The notes beneath the pieces are model-generated. The model worked only from the letters and a program-made list of their open reading frames with translations. It made no database searches and was not told the origin of the DNA. A DNA stretch of 64,000 nucleotides from Callorhinchus milii (Eukaryota), in the NCBI RefSeq assembly GCF_018977255.1, contig NW_024704743.1:38318001-38382000 (forward strand), written 5' to 3'. The translations under genes were made by a program, and so were the position numbers. Of the stretch, positions 37,301 to 49,300 are shown one piece after another; within the stretch, counting starts at the first letter, position 1; the number at the start of each line of letters is the position of its first letter.

Positions 37301-40300
37301 ATGCTCCTTGCTGCATGATCGACAGATGCTAACACAACACAGAAACTGTGATCTTCTACTGTTTCACTTTCTCTGTTCTGGTCTTTTAAGTCGTCCTGTT
37401 TTTCTTTCCCTCCCCTCCGCCCCTTTATTTATGTTTGTTTGAAATTGTGTGTTTCCTGTCAGAAATGCAGGGCAACTGTACTCGTTTTGTCGGAAATGTT
37501 ATACTTTGTATGCCAATATTGTGTACCCTACAGTTAATATGCAGAGTACTTAGTAGCACCAAGTTGTTATGTAGGTGGGAATGAGATTGTGAAAACACTG
37601 TGGCTGAAGAAAGCTGGGGAGATTTTGTTTTGATGTCCTCCAAACCTAATGATATTTTGATGTTCTCAGCAACCTTCTCTGTGGTAAAACACATAGGAAA
37701 ATGTGAAGACAGTTTTGTTTCAACAACAAGAAATTGGATTAACAAGTTTGCACGTTGCCTCTCCCTGTGGACAATGCTGAGTGGCACTGTGTTGGTGTTA
37801 TTAGAGTACAATGTAATGACACATGCCTCTGCTTTCCTAATGACAAATGGTTCCCAGGTGGGAGTACATGCTAAGTAGAGTCTGACAAAGAGTGATATAA
37901 ATGTCAGAGTGTGGGTGTCTGCGTTTTATGTCTCACCAATCAATTACAGAAAGATACTGATGGAGGCCTGGGAGCAGGTTGCCAAGACAGCCTCTTGACT
38001 GAGGTGCAAGGTGGACAGATATTTTTTGCTCAAATGTGTTGCACGTAAACTATCAGAAGTGGCAGCAGAGTCTCTGGTCTTCTATTCATTCGTAGCCTTA
38101 CCTTCACTTGCACTGAGTCGGACAGTGAGTAAAGGCATCCTGATGTTGCATCCATGAATCCCAGCAAGTCCCTACTGGTTTTAATTTGATTTAAGAGAAC
38201 AAAATGAAACAACCAAACCTAACCAGTCTTAATGGTTTTCAAAATAACCTACAAATAACGGTACAAGTACTGCATATTATACAAGGGAACTAGATTGTTC
38301 CTATCCCTCGGATTACCCAATCTGACTGCAGATTTCAAGAGGATGGACTCCTTTTCATTCCGCGTGTGTTGTTTAAGAAACATTTACCTTTTGATATTTT
38401 ATTTGTGTCTTGGAGCTGGGCTGGTACCATTAAAATAGGGGCTACTATTTATTATTTTGTAAGTTTGGTTCATGTGAGGGGAGGTCACTTTGTTGTGAAG
38501 AATTGAGAATTGAGTCCTTGGGATTGTCTTAAATTGAGAAGCTTTCATTGTCTATAGGCACTGATAAGGAGAGTAAAAAAACTTGCGTAGAGTCCAAAAT
38601 GCAGTGTTTCTTGTCTTTATATTGAAAATGTAAATGTAGTCTTGAGCGAAGTTGATGTAAAGGAGCTAATTCCATGTACCCTGGAGAGGTAGGACATTCG
38701 CAGGTTAATCCCACCCCCCCACTATGAAAAACAGCATCATTCTGGTAAAACCTTTTCCCTTTGCTACTGAAATATTTTAGAAACTAATCAAACCATTTCC
38801 AAAGTGCTCTCTTCCTTCTGAATGTTTTATATGTCAGTTTGTTGTACTTGTATCTGTTTCTGTAAGCCTAATAAAAATAATAGTACTACACACGTTATTT
38901 AAAAGTGTTGCACGCCACTAATGTCAAAGCTTACAAATTTAAGCTATCACTTGTCGGCATGGCAGGGGTGTGGAAGCGAGGCCTTTTGTGAAATGAAAAC
39001 TGCAACCCATGCCTATGTGACCACACTGCATTTTTAAACTGTAATATTCCGTGATTGCTTTAAAAACGCGTTTCACTTTTCCAACCTTGTTTCATCCTCC
39101 CCTGTAGAGTGAAAGTAGCAGCAGCAGTAATATCTCCACCATGCTGGTAACACATGATTACACCGCCGTGAAAGAGGATGAGATCAATGTCTGCCAGGGC
39201 GAGGTAGTGCAGATCCTGGCCAGCAACCAACAGAACATGTTTCTGGTGTTTCGGGCAGCCACTGACCTGTGCCCGGCAGCAGAGGGATGGATTCCTGGCT
39301 ATGTACTAGGTCACACAACTATAATAATCCCGGACAACCCTGAAGGAACACTAAAGTTAGTCTCTCTTCGTTTGTATTTTGGTTGCATTACTTAAGTTAC
39401 TCTGTTTCGTATACTTTCCTGGATCTTGCACAAAACGTTCTCGTTAAGAAAAAATGGACTGGATTCTTTGCATCAGATACGTTGGACTTGGCCTTTTCTA
39501 AAATGGGATTCATTTGGCACTTGGCTAAGCGGTCATTTCTCGCTCTGCAACAGGCTCTTAAATCAGCAGGTCTGCAGAAACGTTCGTTTCCCCGGACCAA
39601 TCGGTTCATTTAGTAAATTGTCAGCTCACATACTTTATTTGCTTTAAAATCACTATTATTACTGTAGTAAAGCTACTCAAGTCTCAGGATAACTTCGGTG
39701 CTGCATATTAATCCTAACCTACTAAAATATGTTTTTTGAAATCAATAAGAACCAAAATGTTAGCCTTATCACCCTTTTTGCTTACTCCTGTTTTTCCCTC
39801 TATTTTTTCTCGGCCCTTCTTATTTGAACTTTATTATTTCTACCCTACCTTATCTCTTCAGTTTTGTTAATTTTTCTTCTAACCTTGAAAGCTGCTATTT
39901 TAAAATTCTTCTGCTGTCTCTTCTCGACATCCATTTTGAAATAGTGGCAACTATTTTTAAAATAGTATTTTAATTGGCTGAACAGTCGATGCAAAGTTGA
40001 AGGACTGAGGACTGCCATCGCAGCAAAGCGAGAAGTAGGATCTGCAAACGAATAAACCTTCCAATAGACAATCACGCCCAGAAAAGTTAACTTGGCCACG
40101 GTGCTGTGATGGTTAATCCACTTGCAATTCAGTTTGTGACCCACTAATTAGTTGCTTTATTAGACGTGAAGTGGGTTTTTCCGAATGCTGTATTCTTCAA
40201 TGCATCAGAACTACTCTGCAAATGCAATCCAGTGGGGTATTCTGTAAATTTTCAAAGTGCAACCTCTACAATCTTCTACATGCAGCACAGAATATTTTTC

Positions 40301-43300
40301 ATATCTTATGTAATCATGGTATAGATTGCAGAAAGAAAACAAATCAGTTATTTCATCAACAAGCCATTACATACCCGTACAGCAAGTACCATGATATTCG
40401 TCTATGCCGTGGCCTGAACTTGTCGATTAAACTATTGTCAAATTGTGAACCATAATTATCTCCTTAACAGAGAGTTCTCTACCTCCCCTCAACCTATGGA
40501 TAATTAAGGTTCAACTGTATGAGATGGGATTATCTTCCTAATGTAATGACTGAATTGGTTCACTGTATGTTCAGTAAAGCACCTGTTACTGGAAATGTAA
40601 TTTATGAAAATTGCTGCTTTTACTCTTCTCTATTGACTGTTTAAACACCGGATTGCACAAAAACATGCAAAATGACTAACTTTTTAACCCACTGCTGCTC
40701 TGGCTGTGACCCAGCATTTCCTCTCAGAAAGTCCTGCGCTTGCCCTGTCCTGTCTCACCACCGTCAGAGACTATGACACATAATCGGGTCTCGGATAATC
40801 GAGGTTCCTCTTTATAGTATGTATTTTATGTACTCATTACCAGTGAACTTTTTCGTAGTTCAATAATACAAAGCAGGTGCTTAATTGTTGCTTCTCTTCC
40901 CCCCCCCCCCCTTTTCCAATCCAATTTTCTATTAGGAAGTCAACGTCTTGGCACACTGCTCTCCGTTTAAGAAAAAAGAATGAAAAAAAGGATAAGGAGG
41001 GCAGAAAAGAAGGAAAGCTGGAAAATGGCTTCCGAAAGTCACGAGAAGGATTACCCAATAAGGTATCAGTTAAGGTAGGCATTGTAGCAGGCTTTAGCTG
41101 GAACTACTTGCTTGTAGAGAAAGACTCAGAATCCTGTGTCTCAACACACGTTCTGTGTTCGGTTTCTTGTGAAACGGACAGGCAATTGTATGGACGGTGA
41201 GAATAGATTCTCCACTAACGTTAAGAGTAAAACAACACTATCAAATGCTTTATAAAAGGTCAAATCTAGACTTTACTGAGTTAGCTGATCTCAGATGGAG
41301 CAGCCAAAGAGGTGCCACAATTGGCTTGTTCAATATTGTGAAAGTTTCCAGCTTTGATCTCCAGGCTGCACTGAGAAGTTGATAGCCTCAGAACCTCAGG
41401 CAGCCTCAGTATTCCATAAAAGGGGGAAAATGCCCTGATTTTCACTCCTGTTTGGTCGCCAGCAGCCTGGCAGGAAATTTTGTCTGATGTGAGTATTGGG
41501 TGAGGGCAGGAATGGGTTGAATTATGGCCCTTAATGGCCAAATAGCCTGTTTACAATCACCCTCTGTGTCAGGGTAACCGTATTGATTTAACTCTACATT
41601 CCCTACCTTTACTTTCTTGCTTCATGCATTTGGGTTACTCACACCGACCTTATACCCTCTCCTACCTTCTTCCCACCTAAATTTGAGTTTGCCCTGGTAG
41701 TTTTCTAGTCAAATCTAATTTTCTTGCTCGCTTCTTATACCCTTTCATATTCTCTTGCAACCATTTTCTAATTTCCTTTGTTCACTATTCTCGCTCTCAC
41801 TGGTCAATATTTCTCTCACCCCCCCCTTTCTCCACCCCTGGCTCCTACCCTCCCCAGCAGATGTCTCTGCCTCCCTTTATCCACTTCCCTCACTGAGCTG
41901 TGACTCCTCTACCCCTAATCCTCTCAGGCATTTTCTGACCATTCCTGTCCTCGGTGGTGGACACACAGTTGTAGCAGGAAACTCTTAAGTTTGACCAGCG
42001 CTGATACAAATCACAAGCCTCTCCAAAAAGCCCTCTCACTGCAATTTCTCATGACATGGGAAGCTCAAAAGTGGAATACATGCGTTGACAGAGTTACCTG
42101 GCACTTATCTGCTAAGTGGTCAACCCAGTCACACAGTCTTTAACTCAGCTTTAACAGTGGGTTTGCATAACATGATTGACCGTTGTAAAACTGACCCATT
42201 AAGTTCTTTAGCAATATCCTGCAGTGAGAGGGGTTATAATTAGCACTCTTCACAAATTGTCTCAGTACAATTAGTCTAAGTGCTATAAAACCTGACTCAC
42301 CAGCTTCATGTCTTTTAAATTCTCTCAAGTGTAGGAGTGTGCCATAAACAGGTCCAACTTTTGTGGACTTTTATTAGCTAACCTTACAGTAGCACTGTGA
42401 CTTCAGTTGGATGGACACTGTTATGTTGTATTCATGTATAATCTGGGTATACTTCCAGCTGCTGTCACGGACTAGGGCCTTCCTGTGCTTAGAGCGCAGA
42501 CACGGAGGGACTCCCAGCATCAGCGATATCCTAGCATCCTCTGTGAGCAGCACAGTTTAGTGACGTCAGCAATGACCTAACAACACGGAAGCACTGACTG
42601 GTGGCCATATTTATAACATGCCCTATTATAATGCAGGGTCTGATTTTATGGACCTAACCTATACAGTTGGGTCTAACTATTAACCTGCTGATGGTACTCA
42701 CATATTTTAGTACCTATTGAATTAGTTGAAACCCGCACTGATAATTATACGCAATGACCCAATTCACAAAGATCATCAGGTTTTCCATAAAAATATGTAG
42801 GGAATAAAAAATATGGCTAAACAAATGTTTTGCCGAATGTTGTTTGCAGTTAACAAAGGTCCCATTACCCAGTACATTGTATACTATTCAGTTAGAGATC
42901 ATCAGATAAATAATTGCTGGGCAGACAAGTTATAACTGTAAGAAGTCTGATGGTTGCAATTCCCAGAATTGAAGATGGAAAATAAATTTTGATGAGAGCT
43001 GAAATTCCTCACGGTCTTTTTTTTAAACAACTACAGAAAAATTAAGACTGAATGTAAGAATAATCCAAAATTTAAATCTTAATACTGTGCACTTAAGCAT
43101 AGGTCCATGAGGAATTTGGGGCTTCGTAAGTGTTCAATCACACCAGACTTCTCAGGAATTGAGTCCTAAATTATTAGAACAGGGAATGAACCATTCTTAT
43201 TTCTGTCTTCCTTTCAGCTCCTGAACCCCAACTATATTTATGACGGTGAGTTATTTCAATTGTTTCTACATTTCTCAGAGCAGAAGTCAGACATTTTGTT

Positions 43301-46300
43301 TTAAAACCTCTGCAGCTATGTGTGCCATGGAGTGAGTAGTAACTGACATGATCAAATGTAAAGTGAATCTTAGGTCTAAGAGTGCATGCTTACAACAAAA
43401 GACCTAAATAATGCGTTTGACCAAATATCCCAACTAGAGATTTCTTGTCAGTTTTTAACAAACATCTACTTTCAGCAAGGAGACATTTAATTTGCTAAGT
43501 ATCACCTACCTTAGCATTCTGGATGTCCAAGTCAGTGATTTTACCGTGCCTGGTGGACAGTAACTACTTAATCTGGGTCCTCAATTAAGGGGCTCAGTTA
43601 GATGAGTTTGCCATGAGGTTGACTCTGCTTCCAATTGCATTGATGGTTTGGTATTGACTGAAAACCTTCCCTCTCTGCAAAGTAAACCCATCTCTGAAGC
43701 AGGTCAATTTAATTTTGTAATCAGTTCATAGGCACTGCAGTTCTCTCATTTGCTAGGTTTTGTTGCCTTCCCTGCCATTTTCAAATATTGCAAATTCAAC
43801 AGAAATTGCAAATTAGCAATTCCCATCCATTTTGAAAACATTGCTAATTAGACTGCACTGGGAGTTTCTCCTGGTATCCTGGCCAACTATTCCCCAAATA
43901 AAATTGGTCACTCACACCTTGGCTGTTTGTGGAATATTGCTGTGCGCAAATTGGCAGCTGCATTTCACTCACAAATTACACAGTCAATTCGGTTTGCAGT
44001 TTTTCCTGTGAAGCGCTTTGAGACAGCTTGACCGAGTGATAAGGCGAAATATCAAATGCAAAGATTATCGCTGTTTATGTATTTCACATGTTCTGCATTC
44101 ACGGACTAATTGTATAAATGACCTGCTTTATTCTCCAGTTCCCCCTGAGTTTCTCACCCCACTAACAGACGTGACATGTGAGGCAGGGGAGACGGTCACC
44201 CTGAAATGCCGAGTCTGTGGTCGCCCCAAAGCTGCAATAACTTGGAAGGCCCCAGACCAGAGCACGCTGAGCAACGATGGGCATTATAGCATCATGTACA
44301 GGTAAAGGTCACCTTAGTATTTCTTCTCCTTAATGTCGCTGACTCTTTCCTGGGGTATAATTCCCGTGTACCAACTATCCTCTAGTACCTCTCCCAAATG
44401 ACTGTATTTGAGCCTAGCCAGTGAGTTTCAGCAGAGTATTCAATTACAGAGGACATCACAGCAAGGCTGATCCTCTCTTAACCAACGTTTACAGGAACAC
44501 TTTTTAGGATCAAGAGCCTTGGCTGATTTTCTTCATCTTCCATCACTCCCGACCTGATTCCTGAAGGCACTAAGACTAATTTCTTCCAAGTTCCCTGTGA
44601 ACAATACTTGTTATTCACTGCTGTTTCCTTGAGACAGTTGTTCTACCAGCATTGTAGTCAATCTTTTTATGTTTGTGACTTACAGTGATTCTGGTGACAC
44701 CACGCTCAGGATATTCAATGTGAGCACTGAAGATGATGGCACTTACACGTGTATAGCTGTGAATGATGTGGGATCAGCCTCCTCCTCTGCAATCCTGAGA
44801 GTTCTAGGTCAGTTTTTCACTGCATTTTGAAGCTTCTCTTTTTCTTGTGAATCGCTTTTATCTACAGGCTTGTCTTTGACAAGGCTGACATCTAGCACTG
44901 CTCTTGTCAGGAAACATCAGAACAGACCATTTGAAAGACACTAGTGTCTTTCAAATGGTCACATACCTGGCCACTCACTCATCATCAGCAAGAGTACTGC
45001 CACTGAGCCAAGCTGATATCATAATAAAGTGCAGCCTTATTATAGTGTGCATCACAAAAGTATGAATTTGCCTATTACACATTTGCACTGAGAAACCTAT
45101 TTGTGTGTGTGTGCTGTCAGCCCACTGGCATTAAAATGGCCAATTTCTGGGTCATCAGGTTGCCTGATGCAAACCCTCGATTGTCCAGTGCCTTGGAAAG
45201 CCCTCTGCACGTGAAAGGTGTTATATTAATGCAATGGCGGTGTCCTGATGAATCAGAGAGAAGTCAGCAATTTTTTTCTTTCATCGCAAAGGAAACAAGT
45301 CAGGCTACTGTGATCATTAAAACCCATTATTGCACTGTAATGCAGGATGGGATTTTATGTATCCAAACACCATGCTATAACTAGGCTGCAAAGTATCAGA
45401 AAGACAGCACTCAATTAAATACAAATGAATGTACAGTGATATCTACCCTTTATTTATCTCTTTTCACATCATTTAGTTTATGATCCTCCCCTCAGTGATG
45501 CCTTTTCCGAATTTTCCCACCTTTCTAACCAGCCTCACATAGTGCTTCTTGTACACCTGTCACACTGCTGTAAATGTGTTACAATCCTGTCGTGCTCCTG
45601 TATGCTGCTGATCCCCTGACTACTGGTTTTGAATGCATTTTTGTTTCCCTTGTGCCTGACCACCAGAAAGTCTTCAGTAAGCACTTCTCCGCTCCTTCTT
45701 CCTGTTGCAGAGAGAAGGTGCAGGGGATGCTATCGGAGTAACTCAGCCTCGCTCAGGCTCTGACACTGATCTGTTATCCGTGTGAAACTGTGCAGAGGGA
45801 AATAGAATCGTTGGCCAAAGAGAAAAAAATGCCTGTCACTCAAGTAATTACTTTAAGCCACGTCCATCCCGTACTCAGTGCGTGTGCTCACTTATTAACA
45901 CTGAGCTCTTCAGTGTGTAGACAAACACAGTGGCGGAGGAGAAAAGAAGGATTGTCTCATTTTGATTAAGTGGGTGAATAACAACATGCAACAGTCCACC
46001 GAGTATGCTCAGAACCAATGGCCGCTTCCACGTAGAAAGCTGAGAGGAACTTAATTTGTAAAAGAGCTTACTTGATTAATGGGTATGTTAACATTTTACT
46101 TTCTTTGTTTTGTCTTCAGGACCTGGAAGTGATGGAATCCATGTGATCTGGAAAGATAACTTTGATTCCATTTACACTGAGGTAGCAGAGATTGGCAGGT
46201 AACTTTCCATTCCACATCACCATTCCCTGCACGTTCCTTTCTCTGAATTTGCAATGGCCTGTTTTTTAATCTGTTACTGTCAGTTGCTTATATGAGTGGC

Positions 46301-49300
46301 AAATTGTGTTATCCAGAGGAGCACTCTGTTGATGTTTCATTGACATTTAATAAGCAGTTGAGGCATTTCATAAAGAATAATCCTTCACAGTTTTCAGACA
46401 GGGCTTTTCCAATAACAGAAATTGCTGATGCATGTGTCTACAAACACTGTAGATCTGAGAACTACTGCAAAGAAGATAAAAAAGGTAATTTAAAAGATAA
46501 AAGATAAAACTTTGAAAAATATTTGGCTTTTTAAAAAAAAATTAAGTAGTTACTTTCATATTGATTAGAATGAAAATTAAATAGTCCATATAGTTCGTAC
46601 ATGAGATTATTGTTTAAGGGATGTAGATACTGTAATGTATTATTTTTCGTCTAAAGGGTTATTAAAACAGTGGCTACTTTGCCATGAAGAGAGTGGAGGC
46701 ACATGCCATAGCACCATTAAATAGAGAATTAATGATAATGATAATAGTAATAATAATAAGTATAGAATTGATTAAAGATTAGAAAAATATAGAGTCTAGG
46801 GAAGGAATTGGGATTTGTCAGCTGGAGCGGTAGAGCCAGCACAGTATACAATTAATAGTCTGAATGGCCTCCTCCACTGCTGTCATTTCTATATTTCTAT
46901 AAGTTATATTAATGAGATTGTGACTGAAACATTTGAGTTTTAAACACACATCTGTTTTAAACTATGTTCAGTGCAGGGAAGTGGAGTGCAATACAACACA
47001 AATTAACATTTTTTAGCACTTTCACATTGGACATTGTACCACAAAGCTAGTAAAGGTGGAGTTGGAGTTTGAAGCTGAAGACAATATCTTTTGAACTGAA
47101 GGTCCTACAGCAAAGTTGTTCTGTGCCAACTTTTAGTCCTATCTTTAAGGATCTCCTAAACTCAACTTGTCTGATGTTGCAGTGTATATAACACATAAGT
47201 CAATAACTTAAATAACAACAATTTGACATGTTTTAGTGCTTGAGATTTCTGCAAGTGAACAGCATCTCAAATTGTCTGTTTTAGTATTTTATTATGATGC
47301 GGAGATTAAAAAGCCAAGCCCCATAGCCCAGGACCACACTTTGTTTGAAGAGAGGGGAAGAGATGGGAAAAATCAAGGAGTGGTAAATTAGCATCAAGTA
47401 TGGGTTTTAAAAGTCAGTCAATTATAAGGAAAGGACTTTTGAGAAGGGTTGGAGGGTCCACTGTTTCTATGGTAGTATTGATTTGTGCACATGTTTTTTT
47501 TCCCCTAAGCTAGCAAATATAGTTAACCCATAATGACTGTTGTTTACATTACATTTGTTTTAAAATAAATCATTGTTTTCTGCACGTGAATAGTCACTGG
47601 TGAGTTGGAGTGCCGTTAAATTGATGGAAACTTCTTTTTGTTTCAGGGGAAGGTTCTCTGTGGTTAAAAGATGTGACCAGAAGGGAACTAAACGAGAGGT
47701 GGCTGCAAAACTCATCAACAAAAAAATGATGAAAAGGGACCAGGTTATTCATGAGCTTAGGATCATGCAAAATCTCCAGCACCCTCAGCTTATTGGCCTT
47801 CTGGATACCTTTGAAACGTCAACCAACTATATACTTATACTCGAAATGTGAGTGAAGATTTCTTCATTTTACCTTTCACTGGGTTTATCTGACAAAACAC
47901 CTTTTGCTCACCTTTCATGAATAGTACTCAGTGCCAAATAGATGTGCTATTAGTTCTAGATTTTTCTTTTCTGTTAGAAGGCTGTGCCACCCACAGCTCA
48001 CAACAGAAACAGGCAGAGCCAAGTAGAAGAAATCTTTTATTTCTACAAAAGCAGTTTTTTCCCATCAAGCTTTTTTGAAAAAAAATCTCTTGTGTTTCTA
48101 CAATTTATTTATTACATTCATTTATTTACGTTTGACTACTGTCCACATAATGCGCATATTGATTGCTAGGTCCAATTCAATTCAAAAACAGCCTTGGTTA
48201 TGCACATTCAATAATTGAATTGTCACAATATGAACTCTAATAGTTGTGGACTAATTCAGAAGTTGAAATGTCGTCAAAACACTACTTAAAACACTACTTC
48301 TTGATGTGTTTCATTCCCAATTTTGGTTTGTTTAATTGGAATGTATATTCAACTGAATTGCTACATACTTCTAAAGGTTATGAGGAGAAATATGTGTATA
48401 ATTGCTAATGTCTCACATTGATCGCTATTATCCTCTAATGTACATTAGTCCTGTAGCTCAGTGGTTAAAGCACTCACTTTGCAAGTGAGAGACCCGGGTT
48501 CGATTCCCAGCAGGGTGAAACCTTGGGCAAGTTTCCTTACTCCAAAGGACTGATAATAATCCCTCNAAAAAAAATTGGTCACTTCAAGCCACGACTATTT
48601 GTAGGACACTGCTGTGCGCAATTGGCTGCCGCATTTCGGCCACAAAATATGCAGTCAATTCACTTTACAGTCTATTCTGTGAAGCGCTTTGAGACGTCTA
48701 GAAGACATGAAAAGCGCTACATCAAATGCAAGGATTACTATTATTATTACAACTCCTGGTTAGTGGTAGCCGAGGGACAAAGGCAGATACATTAGTGAGA
48801 GACTGAAGCCTGTTTCAGTTGCGTATGAATGGCTAGTTCTGAAAATATTTATGCTTACACTGCCTTTAGCTAACAGAGATAGATTGACAGAACAAATGTT
48901 CAGATTTATAACATTTTAGCATATTGTGCAATACAGCAACATTCAGCTTCCCTGTAATCTCTAGCAGCACAAATGATACATGAGTAAAATTGGCCTGTGC
49001 CAATAAAAGAGTGCTGAGTTACAACCACATATGGCAAATAAATAGCAGATATTTCAAAAAAGTCTAGTTCTGGTTATCTCTTCATGTAGAATGATCATCC
49101 AATAAATGTGCAACATTCGTGTGTGCAGTACAGAGTACTGTAAACTCAATATCAAGCTACGATAACTAAACCACATGATTAGCTCTTCTTTGAGATCCTT
49201 AAAGTGAAAAGCCTATCATTTTTTATGTGTACGGGCTCTTTTTTTCCAAAAAGCACATCAGTTTTGAAAGCACGTTTTACTTGGGGTAAGTTCTGTGCCA

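Noticed and set aside
48447..48520. tRNA-Ala gene, and apparent compensatory change in the anticodon stem (cgc/gcg to cac/gtg)
   Set aside because: It is a SINE head continuing into the SINE body without a proper acceptor stem; both changes are explained by CpG decay
48523..48795. Recurrent peptide [13 protein letters not shown]...VKRFETSRR in many ORFs
   Set aside because: Translation of the SINE body, not a protein family
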